Below are positions 17,292 to 26,086 of a stretch of DNA of 64,000 nucleotides, piece by piece. Made by a program: the position numbers and the translations under genes. The notes below the pieces were generated by a model. That model had not been told where the DNA came from and made no database searches. It worked only from the letters and a program-made list of their open reading frames with translations. Origin of the DNA: Acidobacteriota bacterium (lineage in GTDB: Bacteria > Acidobacteriota > Polarisedimenticolia > J045); contig JAGOJY010000008.1 in NCBI GenBank assembly GCA_017994815.1, positions 44,449-108,448 on the forward strand, written 5' to 3'. Position 1 is the first letter of the stretch. Each line of letters starts with the position of its first letter.

Positions 17292-17935
17292 CCCTCCGGG
17301 GCGAGCAGCAGCACGCGGGCCTCGCGCGAGGTGCGGCCCTCGAGCTCGACCGTCGTCGGGACGCCGTAGCGGGCCAGCTCGACGAACCCTCCGCCGGGCG
17401 CGTAGTTGCGCCCGGGCTCGCCCAGCAGCACCGTCGCGCCCGCCCCCGCGCAGCGCGTCAGCCACGGCAGGGCGCGCCGCGCGAGCGGACCCTCGTACAA
17501 CATGTCGCCGGCGAGCACGACCCAGTCCGCGGGCACCGCGCGGCCGATCCAGTCCTCGCCGGTCGTCTCGAGCGCGACGCCGTTGAGTTGCGCGTTGATC
17601 CGGCAGGCGGCGGCGGCGAGCGGGTCGATGTCGGCGGCCAGGACGTGTGCGGCGCCGGCGCGCGCGGCGGCGATCCCGGTCAGTCCCGACCCGGAGCCGA
17701 AGTCCAGCACGGGCCGCTCGCGCACGCGCTCCGGGTGGTCGAGCAGGAAGCGCGCGAGGGCCTGGCCGCCGGCCCAGGCGAAGGCCCAGAACGGCGGTTC
17801 GCAGGCGCGTCCGGCCCAGGCCTCCAGCGCCTCCCACAGCGGCGTGATCAACTCCGCCAGCCGCAGCCGCAACTCCGGCACGACCGGCGGCGCTGTCACG
17901 GCGGTGTGCGCGAGAACGAACCCCTTCGCGTCCAC
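17288..17935 (-). CDS. class I SAM-dependent methyltransferase
   Basis: Track ORF, 215 aa. Motif I VLDFGSGSGLTGIAAARAG. Its stop shares the palindrome CTAG with the convergent M16 gene. Confidence 0.7.
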   Translation of the reverse strand: MDAKGFVLAHTAVTAPPVVPELRLRLAELITPLWEALEAWAGRACEPPFWAFAWAGGQALARFLLDHPERVRERPVLDFGSGSGLTGIAAARAGAAHVLAADIDPLAAAACRINAQLNGVALETTGEDWIGRAVPADWVVLAGDMLYEGPLARRALPWLTRCAGAGATVLLGEPGRNYAPGGGFVELARYGVPTTVELEGRTSREARVLLLAPEG

Positions 17936-17942
17936 GCCCGCA

Positions 17943-18698
17943 TTATGGATCGGTCGGTCGGGCCCCGGGCGGGCGGGCGTCCTCGTAGCCGCGCGAGTTC
18001 ACGTCGACCTCGAACTGGCGCGAGACCAGCGTGCCGCGACAGAGCCGGTTGCCGGCGTCCGGCGCCTGCAATCGGCGCTGCAGGCGGTCGAGCAACTCGT
18101 TCATGACCCAGGTCGGGACGAGATCGGCGCGGCCGGGATAGACGTAGCCGAACAGGACCAGGTGCGCCAGCAGGACGCGCCAGTGGGGGCCGAAGCGCCG
18201 CAGCAGCCGCTGCCAGTCGAGGCGACCGTCGGTGTCGTGGATCAGGTGCGCGACGTCCGCGCCGTCGAAGCGCTCGCGCTCCATGATGAACGCCTTGGAC
18301 CACAGGATCTCCTCGGCCGGCGCGATCTGCACGGCGATGCCGAGGACTTCCTCGTCGCGGGCGTGGGCGAACCACTCGTCGTCGACGCAGGCCAGCCCGT
18401 TGCCGAATCCGTAAATGATGTCGACGAACTCGTCGCCGGCGAGAGCCTTGGACAGCCAGTGAGTGGCACAATGCTGGATGGTGAATCCAGCCGCCTCCAG
18501 CGCCCGGCAGGTGGCGTCCACGTGCTCGGGTCGGACGGCGACGTCGATGTCCTTCGTGTAACGGGTCAGGCCGGTGTACGAACTCACGGCCCACGCCCCC
18601 TGGACCAGGAACGGCACTCCCGCCTCGCGAAGCGACGTCAGGGCCGAGCGGTAGATGGCAAGGGTCTGTTCGGTCATCGAATCGGGGATTTCGCTCAT
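17943..18698 (-). CDS. putative nucleotidyltransferase-family protein
   Basis: Track ORF 17943..18740, with the start taken at MSEIPDS (GGAGG upstream). TKDIDVAV is a Pol-beta-like acidic motif. The assignment is weak. Confidence 0.5.
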   Translation of the reverse strand: MSEIPDSMTEQTLAIYRSALTSLREAGVPFLVQGAWAVSSYTGLTRYTKDIDVAVRPEHVDATCRALEAAGFTIQHCATHWLSKALAGDEFVDIIYGFGNGLACVDDEWFAHARDEEVLGIAVQIAPAEEILWSKAFIMERERFDGADVAHLIHDTDGRLDWQRLLRRFGPHWRVLLAHLVLFGYVYPGRADLVPTWVMNELLDRLQRRLQAPDAGNRLCRGTLVSRQFEVDVNSRGYEDARPPGARPTDP

Positions 18699-18784
18699 CG
18701 TCTGACCTCCGGCGGCGCAGCGGTCGAGGCCGGCGAGCACCGGAGACCACGCGGAGAGCCTACCCGCGGCGAGGAGAAGGGCTG

Positions 18785-19498
18785 ATGCGTGTTGCGGCGG
18801 TCGCTGATATTCACTTCACCCGGACGACCGGCAGGGAGTTGTCGAGCATCTTCACCGACGCCTCCCGGCAGGCCGACGTGCTCGTGCTCTGCGGCGACCT
18901 GACCGACTACGGGCTGCCGGAAGAGGCCCAGATGCTCGCCGCCGAGCTGAAAACTTCATTGAATATCCCTGTTTTGGGCGTGCTCGGCAACCATGACTAC
19001 GAGTCGGGCTACCCCGAGGTGGTCAAGCGCATCCTGACCGACGCCGGGGTGCACATCCTCGACGGCGACGCCTGCGACATCGACGGGGTCGGCTTCGCGG
19101 GGGTGAAGGGGTTCGCCGGCGGGTTCGGCCCCGCCGTGCTCGCGCCGTGGGGCGAGAAGATGATCAAAGACTTCGTCCAGGAAGCCGTGAGCGAGGCGCT
19201 CAAGCTCGAGGCCGCCCTCGCGCGCCTCAAGTCGGCGCGGCGGATGGCCGTGCTGCACTACGCGCCGGTCGAGGCGACCGTCGCCGGCGAGCCACGCGAG
19301 ATCTACCCGTTCCTCGGTTGCAGCCGGCTCGAGGAGACGCTCAACCGCTACGCCGTGGACGTCGTGGTGCACGGGCACGCGCACCGGGGCGTGGCCGAGG
19401 GCGCGACTTCCAAGGGGATTCCCGTGTACAACGTGTCGCTGCCGCTGATGCGGCGCCAGCGCCCGGAGGGCCCGCCGTTCCGCCTGATCGACCTGTGA
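18785..19498 (+). CDS. metallophosphoesterase
   Basis: Track ORF, 237 aa. Motifs DIHF, GDLTD, GNHD and HGHAH. Confidence 0.8.
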   Translation: MRVAAVADIHFTRTTGRELSSIFTDASRQADVLVLCGDLTDYGLPEEAQMLAAELKTSLNIPVLGVLGNHDYESGYPEVVKRILTDAGVHILDGDACDIDGVGFAGVKGFAGGFGPAVLAPWGEKMIKDFVQEAVSEALKLEAALARLKSARRMAVLHYAPVEATVAGEPREIYPFLGCSRLEETLNRYAVDVVVHGHAHRGVAEGATSKGIPVYNVSLPLMRRQRPEGPPFRLIDL

Positions 19499-19510
19499 CC
19501 GCGGGCCGCG

Positions 19511-20407
19511 TCAGCGCCGTCGCGGGGTCAGGAACAGCTGCGTGAAATACAGCGCCCCCTTCTCCGAGACGGCGACGCCGACGCCGGTCTGGGTCAGGTC
19601 GGGGTCGAGGATGTTCGCCCGGTGCCCCTCGCTGTCCATCCAGCCGCGCACCGTGACCTGCGCGGGGTCTTTCATCCCCTGGTTCATGGCGACGTTCTCG
19701 GCGACGAAGCGGTAGCGCAGTCCCGCGGCGCGGACGCGATCGGCCGCGCTGATCCCGTCCGGCGAGATGTGGTCGAAGTAGCCGCGCCGCGCCATGTCGG
19801 AACTGTGCGAGCGGGCGATCTCGGCCAGCTCGGGCCGCGCCTCGAGGGCCCGCAGGCCGTGCTCGGTGCGGATCGCGTTGATCTCGCGCTCGATCGCGCG
19901 CTCGAGGCGCGTCAGCTCGGCCGGCGCCGGCGGCGGGCTCCGCCGCGCGGCGAGGACGACGAGCACCGCGCGGCCCGTCCCGCCGCGCGCCACGCCGATG
20001 CCGACCTCGCGAAAGCGGTTCTCGAGCGCCAGCGGGGACTCCGTTTCGGCCCGCAGGAGCATCTCCATGAGCCGCGAGCCGGGATCGGGGGAGTTGTCCA
20101 CCTGCAGGACGCGCTCGGCGGCGCGCTCGACGTAGAGGACCCCTTCTCGTTCGAGGAACGGCGCCAACGGCTCGCGCGCGTCGATCGCGTCGGTGGCCAA
20201 CTCGAGGACCTGCCCGGCGCGCAGGCGGGCGGCGCGGTCGAGATCGTCCCGCCGCACGAGCGGTGGGTTGCCGCGGTCCGCGCGCCAGCGACCGATCGCC
20301 CCGTGGACCTGCGCCGCGAGGTCGTCGACCGCGACCGGCGCGACCTGGCCGCGCGTCGCGTTCCAGCTGCTGCGCACGCACGGCCCGGCGACGGCCAAGA
20401 GCACCAC
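19511..20407 (-). CDS. CAP/SCP (YkwD-like) domain protein, start uncertain
   Basis: Track ORF, 298 aa (GTG start). The C-terminal half is YkwD-like (GYFDHISPDG...GWMDSEGHRANIL) and the N-terminal half is a degenerate copy. The in-frame upstream residues RRTWWRGVPFAA look like the n-region of a signal peptide, but no canonical start codon precedes them. Confidence 0.7.
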   Translation of the reverse strand: MVLLAVAGPCVRSSWNATRGQVAPVAVDDLAAQVHGAIGRWRADRGNPPLVRRDDLDRAARLRAGQVLELATDAIDAREPLAPFLEREGVLYVERAAERVLQVDNSPDPGSRLMEMLLRAETESPLALENRFREVGIGVARGGTGRAVLVVLAARRSPPPAPAELTRLERAIEREINAIRTEHGLRALEARPELAEIARSHSSDMARRGYFDHISPDGISAADRVRAAGLRYRFVAENVAMNQGMKDPAQVTVRGWMDSEGHRANILDPDLTQTGVGVAVSEKGALYFTQLFLTPRRR

Positions 20408-20438
20408 CGCGGCGAACGGGACGCCGCGCCACCAGGTC

Positions 20439-20957
20439 CTACGTGTCCTCGTCGTCGTCGGGCTCGCAGCAGCCTCCCGGATGCGGATGGCCGTGGGCCA
20501 TCTCCTCGCCCGTCGCCTCCCGGACCGAGAGCACGGTGACTTCGAAGTTCAGCACCTGCCCCGCCAGCGGATGGTCGACGTCCACGTAGACCGTGCCGTC
20601 TTCGACCCGGGCGACCCAGACCGGGAACTCGTCGCCGTCCTCGTCCTCGCTGACGAACTGCATCCCCGGCTCGAGCTCGAGGTCGTCCGGGAACGCGTCG
20701 CGCGGGACCGGCTGCGGCCCGGGACCTTCGCGCGGCCCGTAGCCTTGCTCGGGCGGGACCTGGACGCGGATCTTCTCCCCGACCTCGCGCCCGTCGAGCG
20801 CGCTCTCCAGGCCGGGGATCAAGTTGTCCGCACCGTGCAGGTACTCCAGCGGCTCGTCGGCGCTGGCGCCGTCGAGCAATTCACCGGCCTCGTTGGTCAA
20901 CGTGTACTCGAGCGCGACCACGCGGCCGGGCCCGACGCGAGCGTGGCTGTCGTCCAC
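20439..20957 (-). CDS. slyD: SlyD-type FKBP peptidyl-prolyl isomerase with short His/Cys tail
   Basis: Track ORF, 172 aa. Motifs VALEYTL, IPGLESAL, VDHPLAGQVLNFEVTV. Tail HGHPHPGGCCE. Confidence 0.8.
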   Translation of the reverse strand: MDDSHARVGPGRVVALEYTLTNEAGELLDGASADEPLEYLHGADNLIPGLESALDGREVGEKIRVQVPPEQGYGPREGPGPQPVPRDAFPDDLELEPGMQFVSEDEDGDEFPVWVARVEDGTVYVDVDHPLAGQVLNFEVTVLSVREATGEEMAHGHPHPGGCCEPDDDEDT

Positions 20958-21004
20958 GGCGGTCTCCTGACCCGACGAGAATAGCGGTCCGCCTTCGCCC
21001 GGGC

Positions 21005-21031
21005 AAAAGGGGACAGGTCAGACCTGTCCCC
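21005..21031 (-). terminator. intrinsic terminator after the tricorn-like protease gene (bidirectional shape)
   Basis: Perfect stem ggggacaggtc-a-gacctgtcccc (21009-21031). It is flanked by caaaa on one side (UUUUG on the minus-strand transcript) and gttcttcttct on the other. Confidence 0.6.
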
Positions 21032-21065
21032 GTTCTTCTTCTGTCGTGCTGCTACTTGCCCGACG

Positions 21066-24000
21066 TCAGCGTTTCAGCGGCGAGGCCGGAACGGGCCGCG
21101 GGTCGCGCTGGATCTGGTCGAGCAGGATCGCGACCCCCTTCATCAGTTGGGTGTCGCGGCCGCGCGACCAGTCGGCGGGATCGAGGTCGATCGCGATGTC
21201 GGGCTCGACGCCGACGTTCTCGACGAACCACTGGCCGTTGGTGTCGTAGATCCGGTAGTCGGGGGCGGTCAGCATCCCGCCGTCCACCGTCGGCGCGAAC
21301 ATCGAAACGCCGACCAGCCCGCCCCAGGTGCGGGTGCCGATCACCGGGCCGAGCCCCATCTCGCGGAACACCCACGGGAGCATGTCGCCGCCGGACCCCG
21401 CCTGGCGGTTCGTCAGGCAGACCATGTGCGCGCGGGTCGCGACGGCCGGCGTGGTCTGGTCGTGCGAGTAGCGGCGCGTCCAGTAGGCGAGCGGGTGCCG
21501 CGCCAGCCGCTCGGTGAAGATGCTCGGGTCGAGCCCGCCGTTGTTGAAGCGCCCGTCGAGGATCAGCCCCTCCTTCTTGGTCTGCGCGTAGTACATGCGG
21601 CCGAACATCGTCGCCGCGCCGGTGAAGGTGTCCGGCAGGTGGACGTAGCCGATCCGCCCGCCCGAAGCCTCTTCCACGGCCCGGCGGTTGCGCTCGACCC
21701 AGTCCAGGTAGCGCAGCAGGCTCTCGCCACCCGCGGGCTCGACGACGACCTCGCGCGCGCCCTCGACCGCCGGCCGATCGTTGACCAACAGCACCACCTG
21801 CTTCTTGGCTAGGTCCTGGAAGTACGAGTAGATCTCCCGCGAGGCCGAGACGTCGGCGCCGTTGACCTCGAGCAGGTAGTCGCCCTCGCGCACGTCCACG
21901 CCCGGCCGCGCCAGCGGGGCGTACGCGCCCGCGGTCCAGTCCGATTCGCGGAGGATCCGGCGGAAACGGTAGCGGTTGGCGGCCTTGTCGATCTCGTAGT
22001 CCGCGCCGAGCATCCCGACGCCGACGCGTTCCGCCTTGCGGCGCCGCTCCCCGCCCGCCACGTAGGTGTGCGACGTGGCCAGCTCGCCGATCAGCTCGCC
22101 GATGACGTACTCGAGGTCGGCGCGGCTCGCGACCGCCGGCAACAGGCGCGCGTACTTCGCCCGCATCGCGGCCCAATCGAGCCCCTGCATCGTCGGGTCG
22201 TAGTAGAAATCGCGCTCGAGGCGCCACGCCTCGTCGTAGATCTGCCGCCACTCGGCGCGTGGATCGAGCCACATCCGCAGCCCGGAGAGGTCGAGCTCGC
22301 CGCCCTTCACGTCGCTGGCGTCGGCGGCCGCGATCACGACCGTGTCACCCTTGCGGAAGACGAGGCGCTTGCCGTCGGCCGAGAGCCGGTAGCGGTCCAC
22401 GCCCTCGGCGATCGTCTTCGTCTCACGCTCGTCGAGCACGAACGCCTGCAGCCGGCGCGGTTCGAGGTCCCGCAGCTCGAAGCGGTTGAAATCGCCCTCG
22501 TCGGCGTCGAGGAAGAAGACCCGGCTCGCGTTGACCGCCAGCTCGCGGTAGTTCCCCGCCGGCAGCGGCAGCGCCTCGACGCGGTTTTCGAGCCCCTCCC
22601 AGTCGATGACCACGCGCGGCGCGGACGCCTGCGCCTGCTCCTCGGCCGCCGGCTTGGCCTTGGCCGGCGCCGCGGGCTCCTCGTCGCTGCGCGGCGGCAG
22701 GAGCGGCGCGCCGCCCTTGCGCAGCGTCAGCGCGTAGATCCCCGCCACCTTCTTGTAGACCAGCTGGAACTCGAGGTCGTCGTACGTTGGCTCGAAGTGC
22801 CGGTTGGAGACGAACACGATGTGCTCGCCGTCGGGCGTGAACACCGGGTTGAAGTCGCTGTGCGTGCCGCCGGCGAGGCAGCGGGTTTTGGCCGCCGCGA
22901 CATCGTCCACGCACAACCGGGAGACGAGGTCGGCGTCCAGCTTCGAGTACGAGAGGAACCGGCTGTCCGGCGACCAGGCGAAATCGCTGATCGGCTTGCG
23001 GTCGATCGACACGTCCATCGGTTCGTACTCGGCCCTGTCCACCCGCGTGACCTTGCGCGTGGCGACGTCGAGGATGCTGACCGCCAGTGTCTGGTCGGCG
23101 AACGCGATTTTCCGGCCGTCCGGCGCCCAGCGCAGGGTGTGGCGGTAGCCGGGGCCGGGGTCGGTCAGCCGGACCGGGGCGCTCTTCCCGAGCGCGTCCA
23201 CGGTGTAGATGTCGTACTCGCCGCCCTTGTCGGACACGAACGCGATCGTCTTGCCGTCCGGGGACCACGCCGCGTCCTTCTCCCGCGCGCCCGAGTCGTT
23301 GGCCAGGTTGCGGGCCGGGCCGTGCTCGCGCGGCACGGTGAACACCTCGCCGCGCGCGACGAGCAGCGCGCGTTCCCCGGTCGGCGAGATGGCGACGTCG
23401 GTGACGAAATCCGAGACGCTCTTCCACTGCGGGCGGACCTCCGGGTCGTCGAGCCGGATCTGGACCGGGATCTCCCGGTCGCTGCCGCTCGCGCTGTCGA
23501 ACACCCGCAGCGTGCCGCCGAACTCGTAGATGATCCGACCGCCGCCGTCGGCGGGGCGGCGCGCATCGAACTCGCGGTGCTGCGTCACCTGCTCGGTCGT
23601 GCCCCGCGCCACGTCGTAGGCCCACAGGTTCAAGACGCCGTCGCGGTCGGAGTTGAAGTAGATCTTCCCGCCGATCCACATCGGGAAGGCGTCGGTGCCG
23701 GTGAAGTCGGTCACGACCCGGTCGCGGCCGGTCGCGAAGTCGTAGATCGACACGTCCGGCGCGAACCCGCCGTGGTAGCGCTTCCAGGTCCGGTCCTCGG
23801 TCGCGACGCGGGTGTAGGCGATCTGGCCGCCGTCGGGGGAGAAGCTGCCCCAGCCGGCCTCCGGGAGCGGGAGCGGCTCCAGCCCGCTGCCGTCGGGCGC
23901 GATCAGGAACAGCTGCAGCGCGCGCGGCAGGCCCAGTTCGCGGCTGGAGCGGAACAGGATCTTGCCGCTGCGCGGGTGCCAGCCGACGACCTCGTCCGGG

Positions 24001-24374
24001 CCGGGGTGCCACGTGACCCGCCGGATGTCCCCGCCCTCGCTGTCCATCACGTAGACGTCGGGGTTGCCGTCGTACTCGGCGGTGAAAGCGATCAACGAGC
24101 CGTCGGGCGAGAAGCGCGGCGAGCGTTCCTCGCCCTCGTGCGCCGTCAGCCGGCGCGCGATGCCGCCCGACAGCGGAGCGATCCAGATGTCGTCGCCGTG
24201 GGAGAAGACGACCCGGTCGCCGGAGACGTCGGGGTAGCGCATCAGCGGGCGCCGCTCCGGCGCGCCGGTCGCCGCCGCGACCAGCGGCACGGCCAGGACG
24301 AGGAGCAGGGCGAGCGGCAGGAGCGAGCGGCAAGCGAGCTTGGTCACGGGGTTTTCCTCGGTGGGGAAGCCCAT
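21066..24374 (-). CDS. tricorn-protease-like S41 peptidase (beta-propellers + PDZ + S41 core)
   Basis: Track ORF 21066..24443. TolB-like repeats (SPDGSLIAF, SPDGGQIAY, SPDGKTIAF, APDGRKIAF, SPDSRFLSY, TPDGEHIVF) followed by an S41-like C-terminus. The start is either ATG at 24374 or GTG at 24347 (GAGGA upstream). Signal peptide LLPLALLLVLAVPLVAAA. Confidence 0.85.
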   Translation of the reverse strand: MGFPTEENPVTKLACRSLLPLALLLVLAVPLVAAATGAPERRPLMRYPDVSGDRVVFSHGDDIWIAPLSGGIARRLTAHEGEERSPRFSPDGSLIAFTAEYDGNPDVYVMDSEGGDIRRVTWHPGPDEVVGWHPRSGKILFRSSRELGLPRALQLFLIAPDGSGLEPLPLPEAGWGSFSPDGGQIAYTRVATEDRTWKRYHGGFAPDVSIYDFATGRDRVVTDFTGTDAFPMWIGGKIYFNSDRDGVLNLWAYDVARGTTEQVTQHREFDARRPADGGGRIIYEFGGTLRVFDSASGSDREIPVQIRLDDPEVRPQWKSVSDFVTDVAISPTGERALLVARGEVFTVPREHGPARNLANDSGAREKDAAWSPDGKTIAFVSDKGGEYDIYTVDALGKSAPVRLTDPGPGYRHTLRWAPDGRKIAFADQTLAVSILDVATRKVTRVDRAEYEPMDVSIDRKPISDFAWSPDSRFLSYSKLDADLVSRLCVDDVAAAKTRCLAGGTHSDFNPVFTPDGEHIVFVSNRHFEPTYDDLEFQLVYKKVAGIYALTLRKGGAPLLPPRSDEEPAAPAKAKPAAEEQAQASAPRVVIDWEGLENRVEALPLPAGNYRELAVNASRVFFLDADEGDFNRFELRDLEPRRLQAFVLDERETKTIAEGVDRYRLSADGKRLVFRKGDTVVIAAADASDVKGGELDLSGLRMWLDPRAEWRQIYDEAWRLERDFYYDPTMQGLDWAAMRAKYARLLPAVASRADLEYVIGELIGELATSHTYVAGGERRRKAERVGVGMLGADYEIDKAANRYRFRRILRESDWTAGAYAPLARPGVDVREGDYLLEVNGADVSASREIYSYFQDLAKKQVVLLVNDRPAVEGAREVVVEPAGGESLLRYLDWVERNRRAVEEASGGRIGYVHLPDTFTGAATMFGRMYYAQTKKEGLILDGRFNNGGLDPSIFTERLARHPLAYWTRRYSHDQTTPAVATRAHMVCLTNRQAGSGGDMLPWVFREMGLGPVIGTRTWGGLVGVSMFAPTVDGGMLTAPDYRIYDTNGQWFVENVGVEPDIAIDLDPADWSRGRDTQLMKGVAILLDQIQRDPRPVPASPLKR

Positions 24375-24594
24375 TCTGGACCGGCTGGGCCCGCGGGAGG
24401 CAACCGCCCGTGCGCGGGGGCGGACCGCCCGCCGCCGGGGCACCCCTTACCAGCGGGTCGCCGGCTCGGTTAGGCTACGCCTGCCCATCCGGCCGGGAAC
24501 CGATCGTCCCCGGTGCGCGGGGCCGCCGCGGGCGGCCCTTGCCGCGACACCCGCAACGGCCGCCGCCGGCGGCCGCCGACCAGGAGCAGAGTCC

Positions 24595-26028
24595 ATGAGC
24601 GATTTCCCGGGGCAGGTCCGCGAACTGTTCGGCAGGATCGAGAAGAACAACGCGTGGCGCCAGCGGCGCTGCATCAACCTGATCCCGTCCGAGAACACGC
24701 CCAGCGTCTTGGTCAAGGCCTGCGAACTGTGCGATCCGGCCGGGCGCTACGCCGAACACCGCACGATGAAGGGCAACGACGTTTACTTCTACCAGGGCAC
24801 GGACTTCATCCGCGACGTCGAGCACGAGGCCCAGGCCGCCCTCAAGCAGTACTTCAACTGCCAGGCAGTGGAGTTGCGCCCGATCAGCGGGCAGATGGCC
24901 AACGAGGTCGTGTTCAAGGCCGTCACCCGCTACGTCAACCGCGAGAGCCCCAAGGGCACGTTCCGCAAGCTGCGCAAGGTGATGAACAACCACCTCGGCA
25001 AGGGCGGGCACCTGTCGAGCCAGCCGATGGGCGCGCTGTACAACTTCGTCGAGATCGATCCGGCGACCGGCGAGGAAAACTGCGTCAACTTCCCGGTGCT
25101 CCGCGACAACCCGTACCGGCTGGACGAGCCGCGGATCGCGGAGCTTCTGCGCGAGCACCGGCCCGAGCTGATCGTCTTCGGCAAGAGCATGTTCCTGTAC
25201 CCCGAGCCGGTGAAGTTCGTGGCGGAGATCGCCCGCGAACTGGACCCGCGGCCGGTGATCATGTACGACATGGCCCACGTGCTGGGCCTGTACGGCGCGT
25301 TCCAGGAGCCGCTGGCCGAGGGAGCCGACATCGTCACCGGCTCGACGCACAAGACGTTCTTCGGCCCGCAGCGCGGCGTGATCGCCAGCAACATGGCCAA
25401 GGGCAGCGACTACCGCAAGCTGTGGCTCGACATCAACAGCCGCGCGTTCCCCGGCAGCACCAGCAACCACCACCTGGCGACGCTGCTCGGCCTGCTCGTC
25501 GCGACGCTGGAGATGAACGCCTTCAAGAGCGAGTACCAGCAAAAGGTGCTGAAGAACGCGCGGGCGTTCGCGCGCCAGCTCGCGGAGCGCGGACTGAAGG
25601 TCGAGGGCGATCCGGCCGACGGCTACACCCACACGCACCAGGTGGTCGTGCGCGTCGCCGAGCACGGCGACGGGGCGGCGATCGCGCGGCGACTCGAGGA
25701 GAACAACATCATCGTCAACTACCAGGCGCTGCCCGACGACGAGACGTTCCTGGTCTCCAGCGGCATCCGCACCGGCGTGTCGGAGATGACGCGCTTCGGC
25801 ATGAACGAGGACGACTTCGCGCCGGTGGCCGACCTCTTGGCCCGCTGCGTGATCCGCGGCGAGAAGGTCGGCGACGAGGTCGCCGCCTACCGCGGCAAGT
25901 TCATGACGATGCGCTACACGCTGCCGCTGGCCGAGAGCGCCGGGCTGTTCGCGCGGGCGCTCGCCTCGTCGTTCCCGACGAACGACTACGTCCAGCGCTT
26001 CGCGGAGAACCTCGCGCGCCTGTCGTGA
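24595..26028 (+). CDS. divergent serine hydroxymethyltransferase-family PLP enzyme
   Basis: In-frame part of track ORF 24340..26028, starting at MSDFPGQV (AGGAG upstream). Motifs INLIPSEN and GSTHKTFFGPQRG (PLP-Lys context). It lacks the usual LTNKYAEGYPGKRYYGG block. Confidence 0.75.
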   Translation: MSDFPGQVRELFGRIEKNNAWRQRRCINLIPSENTPSVLVKACELCDPAGRYAEHRTMKGNDVYFYQGTDFIRDVEHEAQAALKQYFNCQAVELRPISGQMANEVVFKAVTRYVNRESPKGTFRKLRKVMNNHLGKGGHLSSQPMGALYNFVEIDPATGEENCVNFPVLRDNPYRLDEPRIAELLREHRPELIVFGKSMFLYPEPVKFVAEIARELDPRPVIMYDMAHVLGLYGAFQEPLAEGADIVTGSTHKTFFGPQRGVIASNMAKGSDYRKLWLDINSRAFPGSTSNHHLATLLGLLVATLEMNAFKSEYQQKVLKNARAFARQLAERGLKVEGDPADGYTHTHQVVVRVAEHGDGAAIARRLEENNIIVNYQALPDDETFLVSSGIRTGVSEMTRFGMNEDDFAPVADLLARCVIRGEKVGDEVAAYRGKFMTMRYTLPLAESAGLFARALASSFPTNDYVQRFAENLARLS

Positions 26029-26086
26029 TCGAGTACGGGGGCGCCGCGGGCGACCCGCATCAGCGTGACGATGCGGTGTCGGGCGC

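Noticed and set aside
20439-20957. SlyD as a maturation factor for the nearby hydrogenase.
   Set aside because: The established role of SlyD is nickel delivery for [NiFe] hydrogenases. The enzyme here is [FeFe], it lies 6 kb away on a separate transcription unit, and the His/Cys tail is very short.
24375-24594. Possible riboswitch (ZTP/pfl, THF or glycine) in the 220-nt leader of the SHMT-family gene.
   Set aside because: I could not find the conserved cores (for example GACUGGCG plus CCGCCUGGGC for ZTP). There are only GC-rich near-matches such as ggaccgcccgccg. A covariance-model scan (Rfam/Infernal) would be needed to be sure.
26055-26076. Hairpin CCGCATC-N8-GATGCGG between the convergent SHMT-family and sulfatase-like genes, considered as a bidirectional terminator.
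   Set aside because: The stem is only 7 bp and has no U tract on either strand. This is too weak to report as a feature.
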